From Bilabrum cf. latius (taxonomy: Eukaryota): a DNA stretch of 64,000 nucleotides. Where the stretch lies: assembly GCA_965178125.1 (NCBI GenBank), contig OZ237740.1:558001-622000 (forward strand), written 5' to 3'. The position numbers and the translations under genes are program-made. Below, piece after piece: positions 14,060 to 28,960 of this stretch (within the stretch, counting starts at the first letter, position 1; each line of letters begins with the position of its first letter). Under the pieces are notes generated by a model, which was given only the letters and a program-made list of their open reading frames with translations, did no database searches and had not been told where the DNA came from.

Positions 14060-15582
14060 ATGGCGTTCAGAGAACTTAGAGGTGGGATTGATGATGAGAG
14101 TGCTATATGATACTTCAATTTTCGGTGCATAGTAGTTTGTATCGCCAGTTCACTGAGATTGCTGCTCTCGCAGATTTTACGGAGCAGCTTAGAGCTCTTG
14201 GCTACCCAAGGCGTGTGTCTGTTGATAGTTTCAGGAAACCGAATTTCCCTTTGGTCGCGGATGTCTTGTACTGGTTGGTGCACAAGTGAGTAGCATATGG
14301 CGGTGCTACGCACATTGAACGATCGCATTCAGATCATAGTGAAGGGCACTTTCGGTTCCAATGCTATTCACGCAGGTATGATCCACTCGTGCGAATTCAA
14401 GATAAGATAGAAACTGAACAGAATCGCGTGGAATTTCTGCAGGCTGTCGTGAAAGCCGTTGCTCGAGGCGCCCACATAAGCATGAAGCCTAGAAATTTGT
14501 ACCATGCGGACGGTCGTGCGGTGAAGGAAATGTTAAAACTGACGCGGGTAATGTATGATTCACTTCGAGTGGCATGGGCCGAGCAAGATGGGTTCGGAGA
14601 CGACCGCGAGGACGAGGATATTGACCACTCCGCCGAGCTGACCGCCAGAGCCGAGGAGTTGGGACAGCTGCGGCAGCTGAGCAGAGACATCACGGAAGCA
14701 GGAGCGCGCCTCTACGATTTGTTGGAACAAGAAGAAAACATCAGAGCCGAGCGGGAGAAAGCGCTCCGATTCCTGGACGGCGTCTCCTCCACCCTGGATT
14801 CTAGGCCGAGGAGCGAGCAGGACCACGTCGAGAAATCCATCCGTGAAGCAATTGCCCGGGTGAAGGAAGGCGCGGAGCAGCTGGAACGCCAGTGCAGGGA
14901 CCTGGAAGCCGACAAGAAACAGGTGGAAGCCAAGCTGGAGAAGAGGAAAGCAGAGCTGGAGCGCGCCCAGAAGCGACTGGCATCCATGGCCAACGTCAGG
15001 ATGCCCTTCATGGACGAGTACGAGGCGCTCGAGAAGGAACTCGCGGAGGAGTACGAGCTGTATGTGCAGAAGCACAGGAACCTGGATTTCCTGGAGCGGG
15101 AACTGGACCTCTTCGACAAGAGGGAGCAAGGCAAGATCCAGGCCTCCAACCGTGCCCTCCAGAGGCTCCAGAAAAAGCTCAGAGACGAGGAGATGAGAGA
15201 GTTTAGGGGGGATGAAACCGTTGATGATGACACGCTGGGGATGCCAAGCGGTGGCCGGGCTGGGGGTGCCGCGGGGGGTGGAAGGCCGGGGGCAGCGACG
15301 GGGAGTCGGCGCGGGAGGCGGGGAGCTGGTGGTGACGCTGGTCTTGGGGATGCGGACGGTGGCCTGGGTGCCACGTAGCGCAGCCCAGTGGTGCGTGGGC
15401 GCATGGACGATCTAGGAAGCGATGATGAGGGCAGTGATGGCAGCGACGGTGAGAGCGAGGGGTCCTCCGGCGGTTCGGATGATGATGACATGAGCGAGGA
15501 CTTCACGGACGAAGACGAGGACATGTCAGACTCTGTTTCGGGGAGCGAGGGGGAGTCGTCTGGCGGTTCCGATAACTTCTGA
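14060..15582 (+). CDS. CLUAP1: Clusterin-associated protein 1 / IFT38; join(14060..14081,14174..14285,14376..15582)
   Basis: The spliced N-terminus [48 protein letters not shown] matches the family, as do FMDEYE and the acidic tail ending DNF. TAG 15376-15378 lies before the tail. Two GT-AG introns restore the frame. Confidence 0.92.
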
Positions 15583-15866
15583 TTGATTCACACACGTACC
15601 AGCTTCAAATTGTGCGTAGAATATCGGATCTGGGATCTACGAAGCTAGAGTCTAGCTTATCCAAGTAATCCAAATCTGGACACCCCCTGGATGGAGAATC
15701 CTTGGATGCATCCGGAATCCGGATTGCCCGCCACTTAAACTGGAATCATACCCCAGGGTAGACAGACCAAATGAGCACGGTGTCCTTGGCTTCCACGGTC
15801 CGATCAGCTGAGTCGGCCACGTTGTACCACGCACGGATGGACCTAGCACGCCACAATCTACCACAA

Positions 15867-18800
15867 TCATGTGGCTGTTGCAGCTATTGGAGTGCTCTCA
15901 GAATCTGCACCAGCAAGAGCTTGCATCTCGTCCATGTATCTCTGGGTCTCCTCCATCCTGCCCTCGTCCATCAGCAGCCCCACCAGCTCCTGCACCGTGT
16001 TCCTGTACTCCTGGCTCTGCTTGCCCTTCTGCCGGGCAAAGGTCTCCTCCAGGTGGATCAGCACGTCGATTGTTTGAGACGCTGCCACGGAAGACGATTG
16101 GCACGCTTCTCTCATGTTCTTGAGAACTGTTAAGTACTTGGGGCTCTAAATTCCATACTCTGCTTTTCGTACTTGTCTGCACTTCTCGTACACTCCCAGT
16201 GCTTTCTTTGGTTGGTCTAGCGATGACAGGCATGAGCCCATGGCGTTCAGAGTATTTGCATATTGGACGTGATGCGTGCCAAGTACGGTCTCACACAGCT
16301 CGCTGCTCTGCTTGAGGAGCTCAAGAGCCTGTCGGTGCTCACCCTGAGCCGACAGGCAAATGCCCATATTGCACAGTGTAGCAGCATAGTGAGGGTGATA
16401 CTCTCCCAAAGAGTCCTCCAAAATGCTCAGACACTGCTCAAACAATGGCATGGCTTCCTCTGGCTTACCAAGTGACAAACGACTCAGGGCGAGACTGTTT
16501 AATGAGGTGGCATACTCGTGGTGCTGGTTGCCGAGCGCGGCCTCCTTGAGCTGCAGGGCTTCCGTGTGCAGCTGCAGCGCCTCTTCATACCGCCCTTGGT
16601 ACTCCAGGCATATGGCCATGCTGCATATAGTAGCTGCATAGTCAGGGTGCTCCTTGCCCAGTACTTGCTCGCGAAGCTCTCTGCTCTATTCGTATAAAAC
16701 CATCGCATCGTCGTATTGCTCTTGTTCCATGCAGCACCCTGCTATATGATGCATTGTATCAGCATAGTCAGGGTGCATAGTCCCTACGATAGCCTCCTGT
16801 AGCTCTCTCGTCTGTTCAAACAGCACCATCGCATCATCATACAGTCCTAGTTCTATGCAACACTCAGCCATGCTCCTTATCGTCGCTGCGCACTTTGGGT
16901 GCAGCTTCCCCAACGACTACTCATATAAGTGTCTACACTTGTCATACAGATTCAACGCGCCCTGGTACCAGCTTCGCTCGAAGCAACAGCCGGCCAAGTC
17001 GCCGAGAGCGCTGGCAAAAGCTGTTTGTTGCTGTTGGTGGGCTGGCTCCGATGATGGGCTACAGACAACTGCAAGCGTACTCGACGACAACTCCGCCTGT
17101 AGCTTGACTGCATTGCACGCTATTGCAATACGAGCAAGAACCGGCGATCGGTTGCACAGCTTGAGGAGCCCATCGAAAGGCTCACGCACGTCTTGCTGCC
17201 GGACTCGCTGCACGTGTGCCAGCTCGTTGAACAGCGATACAATACCTTGTGCTTGCGTATGGGTGTGAATCCCACCAGCAGCCGCAAGGTTGGTGCCAAG
17301 GCAGGATTCACTAGCTGGCAGCAAAATGGACCCGCCGGCAGATATCTCCTTTTCGCTCAATTCCCCGATGTCTTCCACATCTGGGGTGAACACCCCAGCC
17401 GATGCAAATATAGCGGCTGCGGCCTTGACCCGATTGCACGCCGAAAGGACGAAATCACCTTCGACTTTACCACTGGCCCAACAACCTAGCGACTCAAAGC
17501 TGTCAGTGCGCCCGTTTGCTAAAGCCTGAAAGACTTGCGCCTTTGCTTCCTTGCCCTCTAGTCTGTCAACGAGCAGCCGCACGTGCCGGAGACCGAGGCC
17601 GAGCGAGTGCATCGCTCGCTTCAGGGCCTTTCTGCACGACTAAGGGTCCGAACCGGAAGTAGCCTATTCTAGCTCGTGATGGTATCGACCGACAGCATGA
17701 TCTTGCGCCGCCTGGTATAGTTTGCGAGTGGAGGCTCTGGCTTTGTCACAGGCCTTGGTGCTGCCGTGCATGATCAGGTCAGGATTCAGGCCCTCGAACG
17801 TATCATCACCCTCCAGCTACCGCAGCTGTTTGGCGGCTTCGGGAGGTAGCAGGCATGTCATGGATGCTGGGCCAGAGTAGTACCACCGTGGACATGCTAC
17901 GATCGCCACCATGACCACCTGCCCGCTGCTGTCCTTGGCAATGGCGCTGACGCAGCCTGTGTCCAAGTGACGCTGCGAGCTGTCGACGTCAAACATAGCA
18001 GCACGCTCGCCAACCGTAGCACAACATCGATGCAGTGCATCAATGACAGCATCCTGGCTCACAGCCGCGCTACCAGGCCCTGATTTTAGACAGAATGAGT
18101 CCAGCTGATATCGATGCACGGCTGATGAGTAGGCGGGGCCCGACCCAACATCTACTACCCATGCTCTCGGCTTGGCATCGTCAGACTCCATCCAGTCCAT
18201 CCAAAGCACATCAGGAATGAGAAGACGATGAGTGTCCAGCACGAAGCGCTGCCCGCTGTCCACTTGGTGCACCTCTACATCAAAAGGCAAGTGCAGGGCG
18301 TAATCGGCATCGCGCGTCGTGCTGCACATATGCTGCACATGTGGGACGGGCTTCCTGTAGTCCAGATTGACACCCGATTCACGGATCGCCGCGTACGCCG
18401 CACAAGCCATATCCTAGTCTTTCTTGCTGAATTTTGCCAGCTCTTTGCTTGATAGCTGGATTTGGTCGGGGTCCACTGCCTTCATGAGGCCATTCAGACT
18501 ATCCAGCCCCATGCCGAGCACCTGCAGCACGTCAAGAAAATTGGGCAGATTTGAAGCACCGGACTGCTGCGAGTGTGCTGCCAAATCGTGGCCACAACCG
18601 TCAGCAGCATCGGTCTCCGCGGCTGCGTCGGCCGTCTCCATTCGGGGTAACACGGCTGCGTACCTGTGTTCAACGAGTGCCCCAACGGCTTTGTCAACAT
18701 ACGGCGCGATCCCGAAGTGTCTAGCTAGCGGCTTTAGAACGTCGTTCATCTGCTCTTTGTCCGAATGCATAGACCTCCCACCGTCAGATGATCCCACGCG

Positions 18801-19931
18801 GAGAGTTGTGTGTTGAATCGATGTTTCGAACGAATGCTGGAAGTCCGTGGGCAGGGGGGCTTGTCCACCGTGCTGCTCGCGGTATGACTGCCAGAATGCA
18901 TCCCAATCCCACCCCATGCAACTTCGTACGTCTACACGAGCAAATACTTGTACCCGGATCTCATAATGTGCGGCTCCAGCAACAGATACGCGAACGTCCA
19001 CGCACTCGAGCAAGGGCGTCGACACGTGCACGCTGTCCATCGCGTGCACCCATCGACTCGCCGCCGCCTCCCGCTTGGCCGCCTTGGCCGCCATGCGCGT
19101 GCTGCCGTAGATGCCCAGGTGGTCGAATGCGAACTTCAGGAACAGACCCAGGCCCTCATGCACAGCCTTGATACCACCGGCCATGCCCCCCGCATCGATG
19201 AACTTGAGACCCAGGGTCTCCTCGATCTTGGCCTTGTCCCCATCGGTGAAGCCCACGGGGTCCAGCGACCTGTCTCCGTCCCTCCATTTCAACTCCACCT
19301 CGGGAAAGCCCTCCAGTGCCTTGTGTACGTCCTGCCTGAAGAGCAACCCGATTCGCTCCAGCTCCTCCGCACGCTCCTTTTGCTCGTGTGGCCACAGGGC
19401 AACGATGCGCTTGGCAACTTCGAAATCGTACTGTCGGCCACAGGTGCTGCCATTCTCTGAGATAATGTCTCCATGGTCCTTCAATAATGATTCAGGATGG
19501 GCCCCGCTGCCAGCAGTGCTGGGCTTGGCGATGGCGTCTTGGTCCGTTGCTGACGCAGAAGATGCAGTGACTGGGAGGCGGGCGGAACCCGATGCTGCCC
19601 CAGAATAAACTGGGCGACGTGGTTTGGGATAGCTGGCACCAGCGCCAGATGCAGCTGGGATGGCGTCACTGGCAGAGTGGGCTCGTGCTGATATTACAGG
19701 GTATCCTGGGGCTGCAGCTCGTCCTTTAAAAGGGTTTGCATCTTCCGCCGTGCATGCGCTCTCTGCAGCACTGCAGGAGGATGTGCACTTTCCCGGCAAA
19801 GTTTCGGCTTTTGAATGCGGTGCGCACCCTTGCTGGCTGGTAGCTGAGCAAGCCGATCCACGGTGAGAGGCCATGTCCCCAAGATTTGAGCCATTTACGC
19901 CGTGGCAATCAATCGTCATTGATATATTCAT
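15867..19931 (-). CDS. CLU (clustered-mitochondria-like) domain protein with C-terminal TPR repeats
   Basis: CLU-like motifs GGMAGGIK..LFLKFAFD..GIYG..AAKAA, TLRVGSSDGG and AMHSLGLGLRH; TPR repeats HPDYAxT. Six ORFs in one frame are joined by 7 TAGs and end in TGA. The start is approximate. Confidence 0.75.
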
Positions 19932-20260
19932 TTGTATTGGAGTTGTCGATCTCTTTAGTCGCGATCTTCGAGTGGGTATGAAGCAGTCGATGTGCACCAC
20001 GGAACGGCTTTCCCTCTGGGACTGATGCTATGCAGCTGAATCAGAGCAAGTGGAGACTAACCCTGGTTTCGATCAAAACAAATTCACTGCGTGTTGCTTG
20101 CAGATTGGGTCGGGAGGACTGCTATGGATGCAACACGATTTTCGGGATCTTGCTGTTTCAAAGGTTAGAACCGCCGCCGGCGATGGATCCTGCTGGGGAA
20201 GTCCGGCACCAACCACAAGACCAACAAAGGCTCCGTTCCACTCCTAAACAATTTGCCTCT

Positions 20261-23529
<3,269 letters not shown>

Positions 23530-23698
23530 GATAATAAAGTCTAGTTTTGGTAGAAAGAGTGGGCGAAGAGTAATCTCTCATGTTCCCGACCGACGAAATG
23601 CATATATCGCACCTTACATTGACGCCGACGCCGACCGGAACACTGGAGCGAATCCTGGGCTGGAAAACGTGGATCAGTAACAATAAACTTGCCAAATA

Positions 23699-26600
23699 TC
23701 ACTATAAAGATGTGCCGTTACTTGCAGTCGACTGATCAAGTGCAGCCTCTTCCATAGCTGCGGCCCGGGCTTGTATCCGCGCATCTGCTCGCCTCTACTG
23801 CAAGGCTGCTTGCTCACACACGGCGCAGAACCTCGACCGGGTGCAAGCTTGCATCAGCTTGAAGCGGCGGCAGCGCATAGGGTCACCTAGAAACGCGACA
23901 CGGACAGCGCCTTGACCTTTCCCTAGCTGCCCAAGGTCATCAAGGATTCTCTCGATTTCTGACGAGGACCCGCCACCCTTTGGGACCGGCACGGCCTGCT
24001 TCGACAGGCTCCTAAGCTGTGCTACTGCATCCTGGCACATCTCAAGGTGCTGAGCATTGAGGCGAAGCGTTGAGCAGATCAATTCAGGCTGGACCTGAGG
24101 CGGCAGCGGCTTCCTTTTCCTCTTGCCCTTGCCACCTGACTCGCGCTTCCTCGGCTTGGTGCCGAGCCGCCTCGATTTTTTGCTTGTCGCCCTGGTGCCC
24201 TTGGCTTTCGCAACGCAGTGCTCGCCTGCTTCCTACGAAGGCTCAAGATGGTCCAGCCTCCACCCGCCGTACCTCGCTAGGAAGCCCGCCGTCCCCTGCA
24301 GGCTGAAGTCGGACTCGTTCCCGAAGCGAGTGGGCCCGGGCTTGGGGTCCTGTAGGAGGAGCCTGCGCTGCATTTCAGCCGAGCTGGACTTTGCATGCTG
24401 CCACACCTCCCCCGCCACCTGCACGGGTACAGGCAGCATGTCGTTCAGGTACTCCTCCGCCCCGTGAAAGATAGGCACGGCCCCAGCACCGATGGCGTCC
24501 ATGGCCTTCTCTGACACGTAGCCTTCCTCGTCGATCCGTACCACGGCTTTGGCCACCTGGGCAGGATCGAAGGACACCCCCGTGTTCTCGAATGCGAAAA
24601 GGTGTCGCGATAGCCTGGCTGCGCTAAGCTTCGTGTGCCGCCAGTCCTTGCTCCTCGTGTTGGCGGCAATTGCAGCGGCTGCCTGCGCCTCGACGGGGGG
24701 CGGGCCGTGCCCCTTGGGACACTTCCCAATGTTCCCCATGCCGAACGGACCTTCTCCAAGGTCCTTCAGTACGGAGTTTCGCTTCTCAACGCAGTTGCTG
24801 ACGATAGACAGGCCTCGGAGACGCCTCAAGTGCGGCTGGAACGGCTTCTTCATGGTGTCAGCCAGCGTGTGCTTGCCAATCGAGTCGAGGATGCGCGACA
24901 GGAACATAGTCGCCGCGCTGGCCTGGGGCGTAGAGTCCTCATCTAGATCCTGTGCGTCGCCTCCTTGCACTGACATGATGGCTCCGCACGCATTCAGCCT
25001 CCATAGTCCGCTGTCAAGGACAGCGGTGATGGACCCGTCGCCCCTTGGCTTGGCACTGTTCATGCTCTTGAGGCATCGCTCCAGGCTGAGCACGCGGGGC
25101 TCCTCCTCTATAATCTGAAGCACCGTCTTTTCTTCCTTTGCAACCATTGCGTCCTCAGCGGTCACCGGCACGGTCTCGTTGGAGAGCCCGCTCGCATTGG
25201 CAGGGAATGCTGAGGGTGAGGGTGAGGGTGAGGGTGACGGAGATGGTGAGGGTGACGGTGATGGTGAGGGTGAGGGCGGCTGGTCCCTGGGCTGCATGAG
25301 GGCCCACCTGCGCAGTGCCCAAGCAAGCAAGTCGATCGCGTCACTGTCTCGCACATTGCCCACGAAAACCTGCTCAAATAGCTGCGGGTGGACCACAGGA
25401 GCAGCAGCCGAATTTGCAGGGGGCTTGACTAGCGCTTCGCTCGCGTTGAGAAGTACGGCCGTCGTCCCTGTCAGCTACTTGGTCGCTTTATCGTAGCTGT
25501 ACATTCCAGCCAAATCCCTCTTCATCCCTTCCCACGGACCGCATGCAGGCGGCAGGAACACCTTCGCCTTCCTGTAGCCTGACATCTCCACCGGCATGAC
25601 AGGGTGCTCAGCCTTGCACAAAGACCCAGGCACCCCCTCTTCCCCACCCAGTACGCTAGCAATAGAGTTACCAGCCCACGCAGACATGCTCGACCGTGCG
25701 CTATTCAGGGTACCTTCCGTCAGCTGTACAGCAACGATGGGCTCCATGCACGTCTGCTCGCGCGGCTTCCCCAAGTCCTGCTCCAAAGTTCGTTCTGTGT
25801 TCGAGAGAGTCCGCCCCTTCTATACTGCTGAGCTGGGCTCCGTAACATGCTGTTCCTCCGAACCATCTGCTTGCTTGCTCTCGGCTGGCACTCCAGCACT
25901 CCTCGGGTTGGATGCGTTGGCAGTAGAAGACGTCTGCTACCGCTGCAGTTCGATCCCCTCCTGCTCTCTCTACTGCTCCCGTTCTCGCTCATGCTGCTAC
26001 TGTTGCTGCACATACAGGCTGTGCGATACGTGAGAGGCCCTGTTGTAAGCGGCGGACAGTGTGTTCGGGTTGACCCGGTTGACATGCCCAGCCGCGAGCA
26101 TCGAGGCAACTGCGAGGCAGGATTCATTTGCTTTTCGCCGTTTTCTCTGCTCTATAAAGTAACTAAGGGCAGTCCTGGCATCATCGGCGGGCCCAGAGTC
26201 TTGCATTGGCAGCGTCGGCAGGACGAGGCAAGAGGACACGTAGGCCCCGTTGCACCCGCCAGGCTCCTTATCTCCCGCAGCTTGTCCTATCCAGCGGTTC
26301 TGAGTGCCAATGCCCCAGAACTTATCAATCATGATCCGGTCATGAAGCATCACCGTGACGTCGTACCCAGTGCAGCCAAGGTCGTAATCAACAGCCGCTT
26401 CGTCTGCCTCGCTTTCCTCTTGCTCTCCTTCCTCTTGCTATCCTTCCTCATGCTCTCCTTCCTCATGCTCTCCTTCCTCATGCTCTCCTTCCCCATGCTA
26501 TCCTTCCTCATGCTCTCCTTCCTCATGCTCTCCTTCCTCTTGCTATCCTTCCTCATGCTCTCCTTCCTCATGCTCTCCTTCCTCTTGCTATCCTTCCTCA

Positions 26601-27196
26601 TGCTCTCCTTCCTCATGCTCTCCTTCCTCATGCTCTCCTTCCTCTTGCTATCCTTCCTCATGCTCTCCTTCCTCATGCTCTCCTTCCTCATGCTCTCCTT
26701 CCCCATGCTCTCCTTCCTCATGCTCTCCTTCCTCTTGCTATCCTTCCTCATGCTCTCCTTCCTCATGCTCTCCTTCCTCATGCTCTCCTTCCTCATCACC
26801 ACCTTGTTCCATTGAATCTGTAACATCTTCAATAGAATGTCTGGATTGGGTGTCATCGCCGCCGTCTTCAGCCGCTTCTTGCCCACTACCAGCATCGCCC
26901 TCGCCCTCCTGCGGGGCATTGGCATCGCAGTGCCCAACCGTATCGATGCAATGCTCACTTGGCGGCCCAATCTAAGCTCCTCTCATCGATTGATACAAGT
27001 GGGCTGCGCTGAAGTTAATCCTAGGTATTCTGAACATGCTTCTACTGGCATTTGATAGGTCTGCAATTCGGTTGCCGGTCCAAAGCACCGCAAAACTATA
27101 CCACAACAAGGATGCCAATGACCCAATCACTATTATTGCAGTCATAGCCTTGCCGTTGACCAACCTCGATCGTACGCGCGGTGCTGTGGCTTGCAT
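23699..27196 (-). CDS. Type II membrane glycosyltransferase family 10 (alpha-1,3-fucosyltransferase-like)
   Basis: N-terminal TM (AIIVIGSLASLLWYSFAVLW), a long acidic stem, and the GT10 motif FAFENT...GYVSEKAMDAIGAGAVPIFHG. One frame with about 15 TAGs; ends TAG-TGA. Confidence 0.75.
25211..25276 (-). repeat. Hexamer microsatellite encoding (SP)n
   Basis: (gagggt)n-like run inside the GT10 CDS. Confidence 0.8.
26411..26795 (-). repeat. 15-bp coding minisatellite (~25 units) encoding EEGEH / EEG*Q
   Basis: Plus-strand unit ctccttcctcatgct with variants. Six units carry TAG in the coding frame. Confidence 0.9.
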
Positions 27197-28663
27197 TCGT
27201 AGCTTCGTCAAATCCACAGAAAACCTACTGCAAGCGAGTTATCAACTTGCAAACCAGGCCTAATCGAAGAGCCCATACAATATGTACTAGATCGTTTCCA
27301 AAATATTTAATCACGCAACCTATTCGCTACCAGATGGCCTACGCTTGGCCAACTGATGGAACAAAGCAGAAATCGCACGCAATCCCTCTTGGGTCGGTTT
27401 CAACGGTGGCCGGGTCGGGATCCACCAGTCTCTACATACGCCGCGGTCCGCATGCTACTTCGAACAGTCTTTCAGTCATCCTTCGCCTCTCCGTCTCCTA
27501 GAGTCGGAGCGATTGCTGCCACGCCGTCTGGCTCCTGCTTGGACAAGAGGGAAAGGACCTAAGCCCGCCACCCATGGGTCTGGAGATGGGTGTGGGTGGC
27601 GGGCCGGGTAGCGGGAGTGGAGAGCTGTCGTTGCGTACCGGGGGGTCGCAGCCAGCCGCCAGCGATGCCGATGGTCGCAAGCAGGAGAGCGTTAGGCACA
27701 ATGGGCGTGCCCGCCACGATGGAGGCATCGCAGAGTCAGGAAATGCACGTGAGCCGTAGGATGCAACTGGCTGCCGCCGTGGTGCTTCGCGGTGCTGCTG
27801 CCGGGGTGCTGGAGGGCGCTAGCTCGCAGATGTCAGCATTATATGAGCTCACGAGGTACAGAGTGCCTGCCGGCGGTCGGCGGCGGCGATGCAATTTGCC
27901 ATGATTAGCTTCATAGAGTCCATTGTGCCGGCGCGTCGTCGTCTCCCTGAAGCCTGAATCGCTCCCGCGGTCGGATTCAGCAGCGGCAGGGCGGAGGGAG
28001 GGCGAGCCGGCCGCTTGGAGTCCTCCCTCCCCGATCAAGACAGCAGCGCACGCGGGCAATCGAATCTATTTCTTACTTGATTTTGTTTTAAAGCGCTGTT
28101 GCATCTGCGATAGGAGCTGACTGGAGCGCGGACGCGTTGTGCCTCGAGGCTCGTGGCGTTGGAAGCTGCTGTTGGTCCGCTCACTCGACTCATCGATGCT
28201 ATCACGCCTATCTCACCATGGAATTGCGTGTTTGGTATTCAATCAAGTAAGATTCCGTTGCTCGTTGCATGGATGCTGCGGGGAACGAGCTCACGATTGG
28301 AGGTGACAGCATTTGCGCGCCACCTCAGTGCTTCTCCAGAGCCGGGCACGACATTGGCAGCCGATCGGCTAGCAGAAATCATGATGTTATAATGCAGATA
28401 CAACAATCTATTGGCTTACCGTCGCATTCGAGAGATGGAATGAATCGGATCGAGTGGAGCGCGAGAGGGATCGGATCAGGGCGCGCGAATCCCTAAGGCT
28501 TTTTAACAGTGCAGCAGACCGCGATTCCGCCCGAGCAGTTCGATTCGAATCATGCTTCTGCAGGGCCTGATGGACGGACATTTTGATTTCGTGCGTTTTA
28601 GTGGGGCGCAAATCCCGAAACGTTGTAGCCGAACGGACAACTCGGGGTGGCAGGCACTTCCCG

Positions 28664-28942
28664 CCGCCGCCCGCTCCACGCACGATTGCGATGGCGGCGC
28701 GCGCGCCCGTTGAATGTTATCTTGTAGCACTAAACTAAGTTCTCCGCTCGGTGCGGGAGCGGGCCCCGGCCCGCAAGCCCCCGATCCCAGATCCCGCCCC
28801 GACCGCCGCCCGCTCCACGCACGATTGCGATGGCGGCGCGCGCGCCCATTGAATGTTATCTTGTAGCACTAAACTAAGTTCTCCGCTCGGTGCGGGAGCG
28901 GGCCCCGGCCCGCAAGCCCCCGATCCCAGATCCCGCCCCGAC
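28664..28942. repeat. 139-bp tandem duplication (2 copies, about 1 mismatch)
   Basis: ccgccgcccgctccacgcacgattgcg...gatcccgccccgac starts at 28664 and again at 28803. Confidence 0.9.
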
Positions 28943-28960
28943 TCGTTCTAATATTACTGT

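Noticed and set aside
26411-26795. CRISPR-like array
   Set aside because: The units are contiguous without unique spacers, the context is eukaryotic, and no cas genes are present.
25847-26970. ORF-track proteins with SFLML or RKESM repeats
   Set aside because: These are shadow frames of the 15-bp minisatellite; the frame continuous with the GT10 gene encodes EEGEH.
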